Notes under the pieces: generated by a model
Databases searched by the model: none
What the model was told of the DNA's origin: nothing
The model's input: the letters and a program-made list of their open reading frames with translations, nothing else
Position numbers and translations under genes: made by a program
Shown here: positions 24,301-35,200 of the stretch, piece after piece
Numbering within the stretch: the first letter of the stretch is position 1
Layout: each line of letters starts with the position of its first letter
NCBI GenBank assembly: GCA_002269645.1
Contig: NIVC01004378.1
Coordinates: 1 to 48,037 of the forward strand
Source: Macrostomum lignano
Taxonomy: Eukaryota
Length of the DNA: 48,037 nucleotides
Reading direction: 5' to 3'

Positions 24301-26385
24301 TTGTAGAGATAATTAATCGTTTATGGCAAATTTAAAGGACAGTGAAGACAGCTAGCCTGGCTGCCATGAGTTAATTCTCAAGTTGATTTTGAGCTTGAAT
24401 TAATTCTCCTATTCGGAGTGCAAATAGGAAAAGTAGCTATGATTCGCTACGCAAACATTCCTGGCGGAGAAATATGTGGACTCTCCACGGACGAGTTGGC
24501 TTTTGTCACCCGAGAGTTTGGCCAAGGCCGGTTTCGATAATCAAGCGATTACACTAATGACGGGACACAAGAATTCGAGCTCAGTGGATGTATACAAGCG
24601 GCGAGACATGGACTGTGTGGCCCGAATGAGCGCTTGTCTGGCTGCCTATGGGTCCAAAGTCACCAAGATTGACGACGATGCGGAATCCACCATCGAAAGT
24701 GTGACAACTGGGTCTGATAGAGGCGAGCTGATGAAAGCACCCGAGGGCGGCCAAGACCTGCCGAGAAGCCTCTGTGGTGGTCAGTTCCACAACTGCACAT
24801 TCAACTTTTACGGAAAGTAAAACAATTGATTCGATCGGTTTGTTCTTAAGAACTTTTTGTGACTATGAAACACTTTCGCCGTGTTGCTATTGTTGTTCCT
24901 TGTTTTGATAGCCAAATACATTCGTCTGAAATCCGGCAACAATCGAAAAAAGCCGACAAACAATTAAATTGTTACCGCAAGTATGAATGCCGGAAACCAT
25001 AGACAAAAGGGAACAATTTTGGTTGTGGGCATAAAATTTCTTAAACATTAATTACAATTAGGAGCTGTTCAAGAAATTCGCATTTCGAATAGATTGAAGA
25101 ATAAATTCTGACTCGATTTCATTCAATGTCTGGTTCTATGAGCGTATCATCTCCATTTCTAGGCCAGCTGGGCCTCGGAATCACCAAAGCTCAAGGCGGC
25201 ATCGTCGAGGTGCAGGGTCTCGACGGTAAGGCAGTAACCGGCGTTGTCTGCGGGCCGCGGTTCACCCTCTGCCAGGTGGCCGACAGCGAACTACTCCTGT
25301 GGGGCCTTCGAGTCCCACTGCCCGACCGGCATCCGTCGCAGCAGCATCGGCAGAGGCGTCGCTCTTTTGAAAGCGTCGACTCAGATGACTCGGACGATTC
25401 CGGCGATGGCGCCGGCGGCGGCGGTGGCGGTAGTGATGGTGGCGGTGGCGGCGGCGGTAGTCGTGCAAACGGGCGCCGCGGCGCCCATCCGGAACTGCAC
25501 CTGACCCCGGTGCCGATCCTGATGCTCAACAACAACCAGAAGCCCAGCCCATCGTCAGCCACAGCGACGGCCGTGGAGCAGGTGAGCCTCGGCGCGGTGC
25601 TCACCCAGCGGGACAGTCTGATGGTTCAGGTGGAGACCACCGCACCGGCGCCCAGCCACCGCCGGCACCAGCAACAGCCTCAGCGGCGGGAGCGCAGCAT
25701 CTCGTCATCATCATCAAGCGCCGCGGCTAAACGGCTGCCCTCGGCTCAAGCGCCGCCGTCGGCGCAATCGTCGTCGTTGAGTCGGCGCCAACTGAACGGC
25801 AGCGGCGGAGCTGCGGGCGACTCTTCGGACTCGGCGCCGGAGCCGGAGCCGTTGCCGACCTGGGTGAAGCGCGAGTTCGAGGCCGCGCCGCACCTGCCGG
25901 CTCCGTCGGCCTCCCAGTCCAGCAAGACAATGACGTCCGTTTCGTTGACTCGCCAGACGTCAACGTCGTCGGTGGCCTCGGCCGCTGTGCCGACAATGTC
26001 ATCGTCGGCGTCTTCGGCGGCCCCGCTGCTGGAGGAGCTGCACGTGCTGCGCCAGGAGAAGCTGCTGGCAGAGAAGAAGCTGTCGGCCCTGGAGTCGGCC
26101 AGCCGGACGGAGGCGGAGGAGGCGCGAAATCGCGAAGCGATGCTCAGACGGGAGCTGGACTCGCTGCGCCGGGAGCTGGCAAAACAGCAGGGCCTGCTGA
26201 CAGAGAATCAGCAGGCGGTCAGCAGCCTGCAGCGCCAGTTCGGCTCGAAGCCTCAGCCGCAGCCGCAGCCGCAGCCGCAGTCAAGACTGCACTCTGCGTC
26301 TCTCTCGGCTTCTTCGTCCTCGTCATTCGCCACGGCCGCCTCGTCGTCCGAGCCAAGAAAGTCGCGAGTTTGTTCAGTCCAATAA
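18391..26385 (+). CDS. NEK8: NIMA-related kinase, NEK8/NEK9-like (N-terminal extension, kinase, RCC1 repeats, coiled coil, CaaX-like end; 1178 aa)
   Basis: Exons 18391-18777, 19042-19386, 19892-20158, 20808-21276, 22517-23061, 23280-23580, 25163-26385; all GT-AG, phases consistent, 3537 nt. Kinase motifs: GKGAYG, VILKEI, HRDLKTANIF, DFG, GTPYYLSPE, SDIWALGC, NLPALVNKIM. RCC1 motifs: VYSWGENASGQLGH, GSGSHGCLGHG, WGRGADGRTG, FGRNSEGQLG. Orthology (NEK8 versus NEK9 versus an invertebrate-specific group) is not resolved. Confidence 0.92.
19405..19740. repeat. Minisatellite, 47 bp unit (NEK intron 2)
   Basis: Unit CTGTACATTGGTGAGGAATGGGTGTGCTGGCGCTTTGCCTGGAACTG. Confidence 0.92.
20217..20715. repeat. 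Minisatellite, 28 bp unit (NEK intron 3)
   Basis: Unit AGATCCTCAGTTGCTGGGCCAGCCTCCC. Confidence 0.95.
21320..22450. repeat. Minisatellite, 21-23 bp unit (NEK intron 4)
   Basis: Unit GATTCCCATAGAGAATCCCCT; shares ATGGGAATC (reverse complement) with the 3089-3925 family. Confidence 0.95.
23085..23235. repeat. Short tandem repeat, unit about 32 bp (NEK intron 5)
   Basis: CACTAAGATACTCGGACAGTATGGCATTAGGT variants, about 4 copies. Confidence 0.75.
23670..24025. repeat. Minisatellite, 43 bp unit (NEK intron 6)
   Basis: Unit CAATAAAACTCCTTACCCATTGCGGCACAGCTTCGGTTGTGGG, about 8 copies. Confidence 0.93.
24054..24142. other. Perfect 26-bp inverted repeat with an inner hairpin
   Basis: TACCGATTTTTTTCGGCAGCAATTGC (24054-24079) pairs with GCAATTGCTGCCGAAAAAAATCGGTA (24117-24142). 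The loop itself folds (TAAGCT..GCCGC-GTA-GCGGC..AGCTTA). Confidence 0.9.
24152..25017 (+). mobile_element. Crypton-like (tyrosine recombinase/DUF3504-type) non-autonomous remnant in the last NEK intron
   Basis: ORF 24476-24820 contains LAKAGFDNQAITLMTGHKNSSSVDVYKR (tyrosine-recombinase box II His...Tyr spacing) and ends GGQFHNCTFNF. It is flanked by imperfect inverted repeats at 24152-24182 and 24997-25017. Confidence 0.65.
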
Positions 26386-27657
26386 AATTTGAACTGACGC
26401 CAAAAACGTGCAAAAAAACTGCTGAATTGCTACTTGCATCACTTGTCCTAGTGAGTAGCATCTTAAGTGAATTTTTTTAGTTTATTTCACAGATACTAGA
26501 ATAACTAGATGGACCACTCAGGCATAAATACTTAGTTCAGTAGCAAAGAAGAATACATAAGCTATTTTATAAAAATAAAGGCAACTGAAACGACTTTGAT
26601 AAGTTTAGAAGCCCAAGCTTGCAGGTGCAAACAAACTTGCTAATTGGTTAAGCAATAATGAACATTGGCCAGTCCACTGAAATGTACATGGCAGCTTTGG
26701 GCTGGAATTCCAAGAAAGGCAATAAAAATTGGGATGGGGCCGGGGTGGTGTGGAAGGCGGTTTAAGCGGGGGGGGTGGGGTAAGAGCCAATAAAAAGCAA
26801 TCCTTGGCTTTAAAAATACACCAAAATGCTTTTGTATAACTTGCTACTGAATTGAAAGTAGCTTACATGCAAATGTGCTGAATGGCCCATCTAGTTGTTC
26901 TAGTATCCGTGGTTTATTTTTAAATTGAAAATGTTAAAAAATGTTATTTGTCACTTTTAAAGTCGATATATAAAGTTTTCTAGTCGATCGTTGGTGTAAA
27001 CCAAGTGTACATTTTGTACTTGAACCAATAGCTTCTTCAGGTTTTAAAAGGAGTTTTAAGATTTCGGCGAGGTTAAAAAAGCTTCGACCAGAATCAATAT
27101 TCCCAGGAAGATCAGTACGTCCTTTGCGCTGCAGAGCATGGAAACGTGATAACATTTTTCCTATCTTTCTTATCTTACTGAAGCTCACAAATATATATAT
27201 TGAACATGCCTGTCTTAAATAATTTAATCAGGATGCGCCTCTGCGAGCTTTCACATTTGAGATATATATTTGTTTTTTTTAAAAAGCGCGTTGCTTTTTC
27301 TATTTGAGATTCGGGATGTGTCATCACATCGGCTTGTCTAATCCGGAGCCCAACGGCAGATTTGGCCTGGCAGATTGCTGACAGCTTCACGACCTTGATG
27401 AGGAAAAAGAGGGGGGGCTAAACAAGCGACAGGTGAGCAGCGGCCTCTAAATATTATAATTTTTGGAGGAGCTTATGAGGGCCATTTGCCCCGCTATTAT
27501 GCAGCCCATAATTTGCAGGGAAGCGTTTCCTGAAATGCGTAAAAGCAGATTGCAATGAATGCAAATCCAAGCACAGACAAACAACATACTACTATGAATA
27601 GCTTCATTTGCTATTCGGAAAACTAGATATTGTCTGCTTAGTTAACTAGACATGTCA

Positions 27658-27922
27658 GGGGATTTTAGCCTAGTGGTTAGAACGTCGGACTCGCGACTTG
27701 AAGGTCGGGGGTTCGATTCCCGATCCCACTGGAACAATTTGTGTCCTTGGGCAAGACGCTTAACTCTGCATTGCTTCAGTTCACCCAGCTGCAAAATGGG
27801 TGCCAGCATTAGCTGGGGTAATTGAGGGTGTGTGGCGACCCCCCAGTCCTTGGACTGAACAGCCGTACGCAGCCTTCAGATGCGCCGCGCAATAGCTGCG
27901 GCTGAGCTCTCGGTTGCACATC
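27658..27922 (+). mobile_element. tRNA-derived SINE with CORE(MIR)-like central domain
   Basis: A box TAGCCTAGTGG and B box GGTTCGATTCC, then GTGTCCTTGGGCAAGACGCTTAACTCT..TCAGTT..CTGCAAAATGGG resembling the MIR core. A second copy lies at 12399. Confidence 0.8.
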
Positions 27923-28419
27923 TGCCAATCAATTAGGGCAGCTGTAATAAATTATTATAATATTATTATTATTAAAAAATTGTTAAAACATTTCCCCTAT
28001 CTTGCTAATGCCTTTTACAGTGAAACCTGGTACCCAGCGTCCTGAGCTAACCCATCTGTCCAAAAGTACATGTGTACTTAATACTCGCCATCTCTCACAG
28101 GCCATGTTTTTGTAAACATGCCAATCAGTGCAGATGAAATAATCGTCATAGACTTTGAAAAATATTTCTTCATCTTTGAATCCTCACAAACATTTCCTGG
28201 GGTACGAGCGTCCTCGCCAGAATTTAATTAAATCAATGAGTCTTGCAGCCCTGACTCAGAGTAACTCTTAATAATTTATAGCTCTGTCCTGCCTTGCCAG
28301 ATACTGTATAACTGTCTTGTCGTGACATTTCTGACTTGGCATGGCAATGATAGGAGATCATAGGGCGAATACTGCTTCACAACTGAATCTGCTTCTCTAA
28401 ACACATCTTTAAACATCTC

Positions 28420-28705
28420 TCCTATCTCTACCTCTCTCTCATCTCTACCTCTTTCCCATCTCTACCTCTCCATATCTACGTCTCTCCCATCTCTACCTCT
28501 CCCATATCTACGTCTCTCCCATCTCTACCTCTCTCCCATCTCTACCTCTCCATATCTACGTCTCTCCCATCTCTACCTCTTCCATATCTACGAGTACTTC
28601 CTTCCATCTCTGCCTCTCTCTCATTTCTACCTCTCTCCCATTTCTACCTCTCTCCCATCTCTACCTCTCTCATTTCTACCTCCTCCCATCTCTACTTCTA
28701 TCCCA
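28420..28705. repeat. Pyrimidine-rich repeat, unit about 15 bp
   Basis: Unit TCTACCTCTCTCCCA. Confidence 0.88.
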
Positions 28706-29169
28706 TGCCATACCCCCTAATTTTTACACTTGTTTATCTCTCTCCCTTGTTCTGTCCTTGCGTCCAAGTGTCTGTGTCTCTTTAGCAATAAACTAATTAT
28801 AGTTCGGGACAACTGCAGGCCTGCATCTTGATTTCTGCTGCACTTTTTCGCAATCCAACTGTAGCTGATCATAAATAAAGGTATCAAATTATCAGGAGAG
28901 GTCTGGCAATCTCGGTGTCATTTTGTCATGAAATAATCAGAGACCCTCTTTCTGCCTGAGTGCAGCTTTAACTATAATTCGATTTTCGATTTTACACGGC
29001 TGGTAGAAATCCGAAAACACGATTTAATCAACCTTCAACCTTCAGGTCACGTGAAAGCAAAGCATCGTCAAGATTTTAGCCCCCCCCCCGTAGAGAAAGG
29101 CTTAAGATTCAGATTTTCTCCTATTTCTCGTAAATTATTGTGCGTCACACTTCTAAGCTGACAAAGAGG

Positions 29170-29473
29170 TTTTAGCATCAGGGGCTTTAGCACCGGGGGC
29201 GCCAGCACCGGGGGCTTTAGCACCAGGGGCTTTAACATCAGGGGCTTTAACATCAGGGGCTTTAGCACCAGGGGCTTTAGCACCAGGAGCGCCAGCACCG
29301 GAGCGCCAGCACCGGGGGCGCCAGCACCGGGGGCGCCAGCACCGGGGGAGCCAGCACCGGGGCGCCAGCACCGGGGGAGCCAGCACCGGGGGCGCCAGCA
29401 CCGGGGGCGCCAGCACCGGGGGAGCCAGCACCGGGGCGCCAGCACCGGGGGAGCCAGCACCGGGGCGCCAGCA
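29170..29473. repeat. GC-rich 14-15 bp repeat
   Basis: Units AGCACCGGGGGCGCC and AGCACCAGGGGCTTT. Confidence 0.88.
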
Positions 29474-29984
29474 TTTTTAGGATAACTTTAGCCGCTCATT
29501 GATTTTCCAAGGCTTCCAAACCAGCGGTTTCTAGCAATGTGTCGCCCCTGTGTCTTCACTGGATCAATATTGATTTTTGCTAATCGGGCAGGCTGGGCAC
29601 ACAGACAGCCCAATACGTCAATCATATGCTAGTTCAAACCTATAAATAGCCGTAATACCTGTCTGAGAATTGAGTCCTAGGCGTGAGCGGTCATAAATCA
29701 TTTCAAACACATTCTTTTGTCAGAAGCCATATCTCATAATTACTTTGAAAGATTTTTTCTACTTATTGCAGAGTTCAGTTAGTGCTGATCACTTTGGGAT
29801 TTCTCTGAGTCCCAGAGTGAACCGGCCAGTCAAAGGCGCCTCGATAATTTGCATATTTTTACTGACCAGAATAAAAGCACCTCCTACAAGCTATTAATAG
29901 ACTTTGTAGGCTTAAAGGACACGTTGTACTTTAATTAAATGGATTAATAAATACATATTAATGCAGCTGGAACTTATCTTGTGC

Positions 29985-30775
29985 TAGAAAGGAAGCTGAG
30001 ACAATCCTATTGTTGAAGCTGAGATAATCCTATAGTTGAAGCTGAGATAATCCTATAGTTGAAGCTGAGATAATCCTATAGTTGAAGCTGAGATAATCCT
30101 ACAGTTGAAGCTGAGATAATCCTATTGTTGAAGCTGAGATAATCCTACAGTTGAAGCTGAGATAATCCTATAGTTGAAGCTGAGATAATCCTACAGTTGA
30201 AGCTGAGATAATCCTATAGTTGAAGCTGAGATAATCCTATAGTTAATGCTGAGATCTATAGTTGAAGCTGAGATAATCCTACAGTTGAAGCTGAGATAAT
30301 CCTATAGTTGAAGCCGAAATAATCATATAGTTGAAGCTGAGATAATCCTATAGTTAAAGCTGAGATACTCCTACAGTTGAAGCTGAGATAATCCTATAGT
30401 TGAAGCCGAGATAATCCTATAGTTGAAGCTGAGATAATCCTACAGTTAAAGCTGAGATAATCCTACAGTTGAAGCTGAGATAATCCTACAGTTGAAGCTG
30501 AGATAATCCTATAGTTGAAGCCGAAATAATCATATAGTTGAAGCTGAGATAATCCTATAGTTAAAGCTGAGATACTCCTACAGTTGAAGCTGAGATAATC
30601 CTACAGTTGAAGCTGAGATAATCCTACAGTTGAAGCTGAGATAATCCTTTAGTAGAAGCTGAGATAATCCTATAGTTAAAGCTGAGATAATCCTATAGTT
30701 GAAGCTGAGATAATCCTTTAGTAGAAGCTGAGATAATCCTATAGTTGAAGCTGAGATAATCCTATAGTTGAAGCT
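29985..30775. repeat. Minisatellite, 23 bp unit
   Basis: Unit GTTGAAGCTGAGATAATCCTATA, about 34 copies. Confidence 0.95.
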
Positions 30776-31154
30776 ATTTTGCGCAACTAACAATGGAGTT
30801 GAGCTGAAAAAATATAATGAGCCATTGTTGACAAACAAGAATGACAAAAAGCTACACAATAATTGTTGTCTACACTTGTTTAAGGCAGAGTAGGCATAGA
30901 GACTCACAGAGAGACACGGAGAGAGTGAGGGAGGGGTGAGAATTTCCCAGCGAATCCCAGTTAAGATGGCGTCTAGCGAATTGCAGGATTTTTAAGCTCA
31001 AGCAGGTAGAAAGTACAGCCAGGTGGAACAGACGATGATGGCAGATAAGGATAAATTTCTGAGAAACTAAAGGCATCCGATTCGTTAAAGCATTCAAAGG
31101 ATCAGACGGATTGACTAAGAAGGATTTTGAAAAATTCAATTATTTTCGGAGAAA

Positions 31155-31395
31155 ACTCGGACGGAATCGGGACATTTTCGGTCACACTCGGACAATCTCA
31201 GACAGATTCGGACAAACTCGGACGAAATCGGAAATTCTCTGACAGATTCGAACAAACACGGACAGATTCTGACAAAACGAAGACGGAATAGGAAATTCTC
31301 GGACAGATTCGGACAAACACGGACAGATTCTGACAAAACGAATACGAAATAGGAAATTATCGGACAGATTCGGACAAAACTCGAACGGACACGCC
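31155..31395. repeat. Degenerate CGGACA-rich repeat immediately upstream of the globin ATG
   Basis: Recurrent (T)CGGACA(A/G)A units of about 10 bp with a longer internal duplication. Confidence 0.7.
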
Positions 31396-31406
31396 CAGAT
31401 TTCGGC

Positions 31407-32126
31407 ATGGGATGCGCATCCTCAAACCCCAGCAACGATGGTGCCCGGCAGCGGTACTCGCCAAAAGCCGATCAGAAAGCCAACCGAGGCGTCGGGCTCG
31501 CGCAGGACGGCCACTTCAACAAGGACTCGCCGCCAGCGGACGAGCAGAACGGCGCCGCCAACCAGCTGCAGGAGAAGCGGCTAATCTACTGCAAAGTGAA
31601 AGACGAAGAACGCGAATGGGACGACAGGTGCATACTAACACAGCAGGAGATCTTCAAACTGTGGACGTCGTGGAATTTCGTGCACGATCGGGTGTACCGA
31701 GCCGGGGTGCACATGTTCCTGCTGCTGTTCAAGCAGCACCCAGTCCTGCTGGCCATCTTTAAACGCTTCGGCGGAGTCGAGAGCGGAGAGGGCGGCCTGG
31801 ACGGCTTGCTGACCAAGGACAACCCGGATCTGAAACGGCACGCGGCCACGGTGATGGGGCTGCTAGACGATGCCATAGTGAATCTGGACAAGTACGAGCT
31901 GGTCAAGGCTCGCCTTCACTGCACCGCTCGAACGCATCGCCAGTTTGTCGGCTTCGAGGCGCGTTTCTTCTGGCTGATGCGCGAGCCGTTCCTCGGCTCC
32001 CTGGAGGCCATCCTGGCCGAGAAGTACACGGACGCGATGAAGCAAATCTACGAGAAGACCATCGATTGGATTCTGGGCGAGTTGTACAACGGGTTCCAGG
32101 AAGCGCCGCGAATGTCGAACGGCTAG
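31407..32126 (+). CDS. Globin (globin X/neuroglobin-like) with predicted N-acylation, single exon, 239 aa
   Basis: Uninterrupted ORF. A-helix Trp (LWTSW), MFLLLFKQHP, CD1 Phe (AIF), distal E7 His (LKRHAATVM), proximal F8 His (ARTH), H helix. N-terminus MGCASS. Confidence 0.9.
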   Translation: MGCASSNPSNDGARQRYSPKADQKANRGVGLAQDGHFNKDSPPADEQNGAANQLQEKRLIYCKVKDEEREWDDRCILTQQEIFKLWTSWNFVHDRVYRAGVHMFLLLFKQHPVLLAIFKRFGGVESGEGGLDGLLTKDNPDLKRHAATVMGLLDDAIVNLDKYELVKARLHCTARTHRQFVGFEARFFWLMREPFLGSLEAILAEKYTDAMKQIYEKTIDWILGELYNGFQEAPRMSNG

Positions 32127-32128
32127 TC

Positions 32129-32173
<45 letters not shown>

Positions 32174-32260
32174 TTGCCGACTCTAACACGATCTCTATAT
32201 CTAACCGGCTGGATGCACCCACTGCGTTACTGTCTATTCGTGCTGTAATATTCATTCTAG

Positions 32261-35200
32261 GTACCGAAAAACACTACGCTACCTGGAAATTTCTGCTTTG
32301 CAACTTTAAAGAGTCCTGTGCTGACTTGTAAGTGTTAGTTGAGCCTCCATAGCCTTGAATTGTTGGATTTGGCTGTGGATTGTTAAATTTGGCTTGTTTT
32401 ATTGTTGAATTTGGCTTTGGATTGTCGTATTTGACATGTTGGATTGTTGAACTTAGGATTTTTGGATTTGGCTTGTTGGATTGTTGAGTTTGGCTTGTTG
32501 GATTGTTGAGTTTGGCTTGTTGGATTGTTGAGTATGGCTTGTTAGATTGTTGAGTTTGGCTTGTTGGATTGTTGAGTATGGCTTGTTAGATTGTTGAGTT
32601 TGGCTTGTTGGATTGTTGAGTTTGGCTTGTTGGACTGTTGAGTATGGCTTGTTGGATTGTTGAGTTTGGCTTGTTGGATTGTTGAGTTTGGCTTGTTGGA
32701 TTGTTGAGTTTGGCTTGTTGGATTGTTGAGTTTGGCTTGTTGGATTGTTGAGTTTGGCTTGTTGGATTGTTAGATTTTTTATTTTGGCTTGTTGGATTGT
32801 TGAATTTGGCTTGTTGGATTGTAGAATTTGGCTTGTTGGATTGTTGAATTCCGCTTGTTGGATTGTAGAATTTGGCTTGTTGGATTGTAAAAATTGGCTT
32901 CTTAGATTGTTGGATTGTTTAATTTGGCTTGTTGAATTTGGCTTGTTGGATTGTTGAATTCGGCTTGTTGAACTTGGCTTGTTGGATTGTTGAATTTGGC
33001 TTGTTGGATTGTTGAATTTGGCTTGTTGGATTGTTGAATTTGGATTTGGCTTGTTGGATTGTGCTTGAAGTGTTGGAACCCTTGCTTGAACTTACCAGTA
33101 ACCATTCACCCAGTTTGTCACCAAGAATTCACAAAAGTTCAACGCACCAAATGCAGCACTGTAAATCGATGTTGTTCGTCTATTCTTTAACAGACGATTC
33201 GCGATGCTATATAAATGACAGAGAAAAGTTTCTACGAGAAAGTGCGTGGAAATCAATGTATGCTGTGCACTCATGTGCCCTGTATAGTGATTGCATCCAG
33301 TAGTGTCTGTATACTGTAATCTCATATTGTGTAGAATGTAGTGCTGTGTGTAAGCAAAACGGAGTTGCCCGAGTTCGCCTGTCGTTCTGGAAGGGCGATC
33401 CCGCAGCCCGAGGCGCTATATGTGACCACAGGCACCCCTCTTCAGCCCATTTCTATCATTTTTTAGCTTAGGACCTTGACAGCAATAAATCTAGTTGTGT
33501 TAGCTAAACGAAAATTGAAACTGTCGTCCTTTTTTCGTGGCAGATGTTCACAAGCGATTTGTTCGTTAAATTCTAGGCATCTGTCGAATGTTTAGTACAG
33601 TGCATCTGCTCTGTAGCGAAATGGGATACTGATCAACTTGTTAAGTTTCAAATTTTGTTGCATGTACAAGAAAATACTGATGTAGAGGTCAATTTGTCTC
33701 GGCTAGTCATGGCAACCAAGGGAGGAGAGTGAGAATGAAAAAAATTGAGTTAGTTGAGTCTGGCACTGCAGAATTGCATTTTAAAGTGTTGAATTTGAAG
33801 GCTGGGACTCTAATATTGACAGCTGGGATTCTAATATTGACAGCTGAGACTCTAATATTGACAGCTGGGATTCTAATATTGACAGCTGGGATTCTAATAT
33901 TGACAGCTGAGACTCTAATATTGACAGCTGAGACTCTAATATTGACAGCTGAGACTCTAATATTATATTGACAGCTGAGACTCTAATATTGACAGCTGAG
34001 ACTCTAATATTGACAGCTGAGACTCTAATATTGACAGCTGTGACTCTAATATTGACAGCTGAGACTCTAATATTAACAGCTGAGACTCTAATATTAACAG
34101 CTGAGACTCTAATATTGACAGCTGAGACTCTAATATTGACAGCTGAGACTCTAATATTAACAGCTGAGACTCTAATATTAACAGCTGAGACTCAAATATT
34201 GACAGCTGAGACTCTAATATTGACAGGTGCGACTCTAATATTATATTGACAGCTGAGACTCTAATATTGACAGCTGAGACTCTAATATTGACAGCTAAAA
34301 CTCTAATCATGACAGTTTAGACTCTAATATTGACAGCTGAGACTCTAATATTGACAGGTGAGACTCTAATATTATATTGACAGCTGAGACTCTAATATTG
34401 ACAGCTGAGACTCTAATATTGACAGCTAAAACTCTAATAGTGACAGTTTAGACTCTAATATTGACAGCTAAAACTCTAATAGTGACAGTTTAGACTCTAA
34501 TATTGACAGCAGAGACTCTAATATTAACAGCTGAGACTCAAATATTGACAGCTGAGACTCTAATATTGACAGCTGAGACTCTAATATTGACAGCTGAGAT
34601 TGACTGCTGTTGCTCTGAAACCGGCAGCTGGATTTGACCTGATCATCAAAAAAGCTTATACTGATTTCCCAGAAGCCGCTCTGCGTTCTCTCTCAGAATA
34701 TGTAATTGAGTTCCAGTGCCATCAGGTGAGAAAGCCGCAATTGATTCTTTAATTATTGTCGCATAATTGATAGACAGAATCCCTCAATCAACCGTTGTGC
34801 ACGCCACGCCATACAGGTAGATGTCTGCAGTGTAAGCTCAGAGAGATAGCTGAACAAAAATTCCTATTCGCATTTCTGTCCTTCTTATAATTATTTGCGT
34901 TGGAAGAGCTCTCAAAGGTAGCATCTCACCCTGAAGGGCCACGAGGGGTAGCATCTGACCCTGAAGGGCCGTAACAGGAAGTGCCTGGCCCTGAAGTGTC
35001 AAAAGGGGTAGCATCTGACCCTGAAAAGCCACAAGGGGTAGCGCCTGACCCTGAAGTGCCACAAGGGGTAGCGCCTGACCCTGAAGTGCCACAAGGGGTA
35101 GCATCTGACCCTGAAGTGCCACAAGGGGTAGCGCCTGACCCTGAAGTGTCACAAGGGGTAGCATCTGACCCTGAAGTGCCACAAGGGGTAGCGCCTGACC

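Noticed and set aside
26934-27390. Two adjacent minus-strand ORFs as a transposase relic
   Set aside because: No recognisable catalytic or DNA-binding motif, and no terminal repeats found.
27658-27735. Functional tRNA gene
   Set aside because: The anticodon stem pairs poorly, and the head runs into a repeated SINE body that also occurs at 12399.
28016-28032. TA|CAGTGAAACCTG resembling a pogo/Tigger-type TIR
   Set aside because: No matching inverted end was seen in the window.
30767-31005. Further upstream exons for the micro-exon chain (LKLFCATNNGVELKKY...; ESQLRWRLANCRIFKLKQ)
   Set aside because: The frames can be joined, but the acceptor at 30950 lies in purine-rich sequence and equally good minus-strand sites exist; too ambiguous to call.
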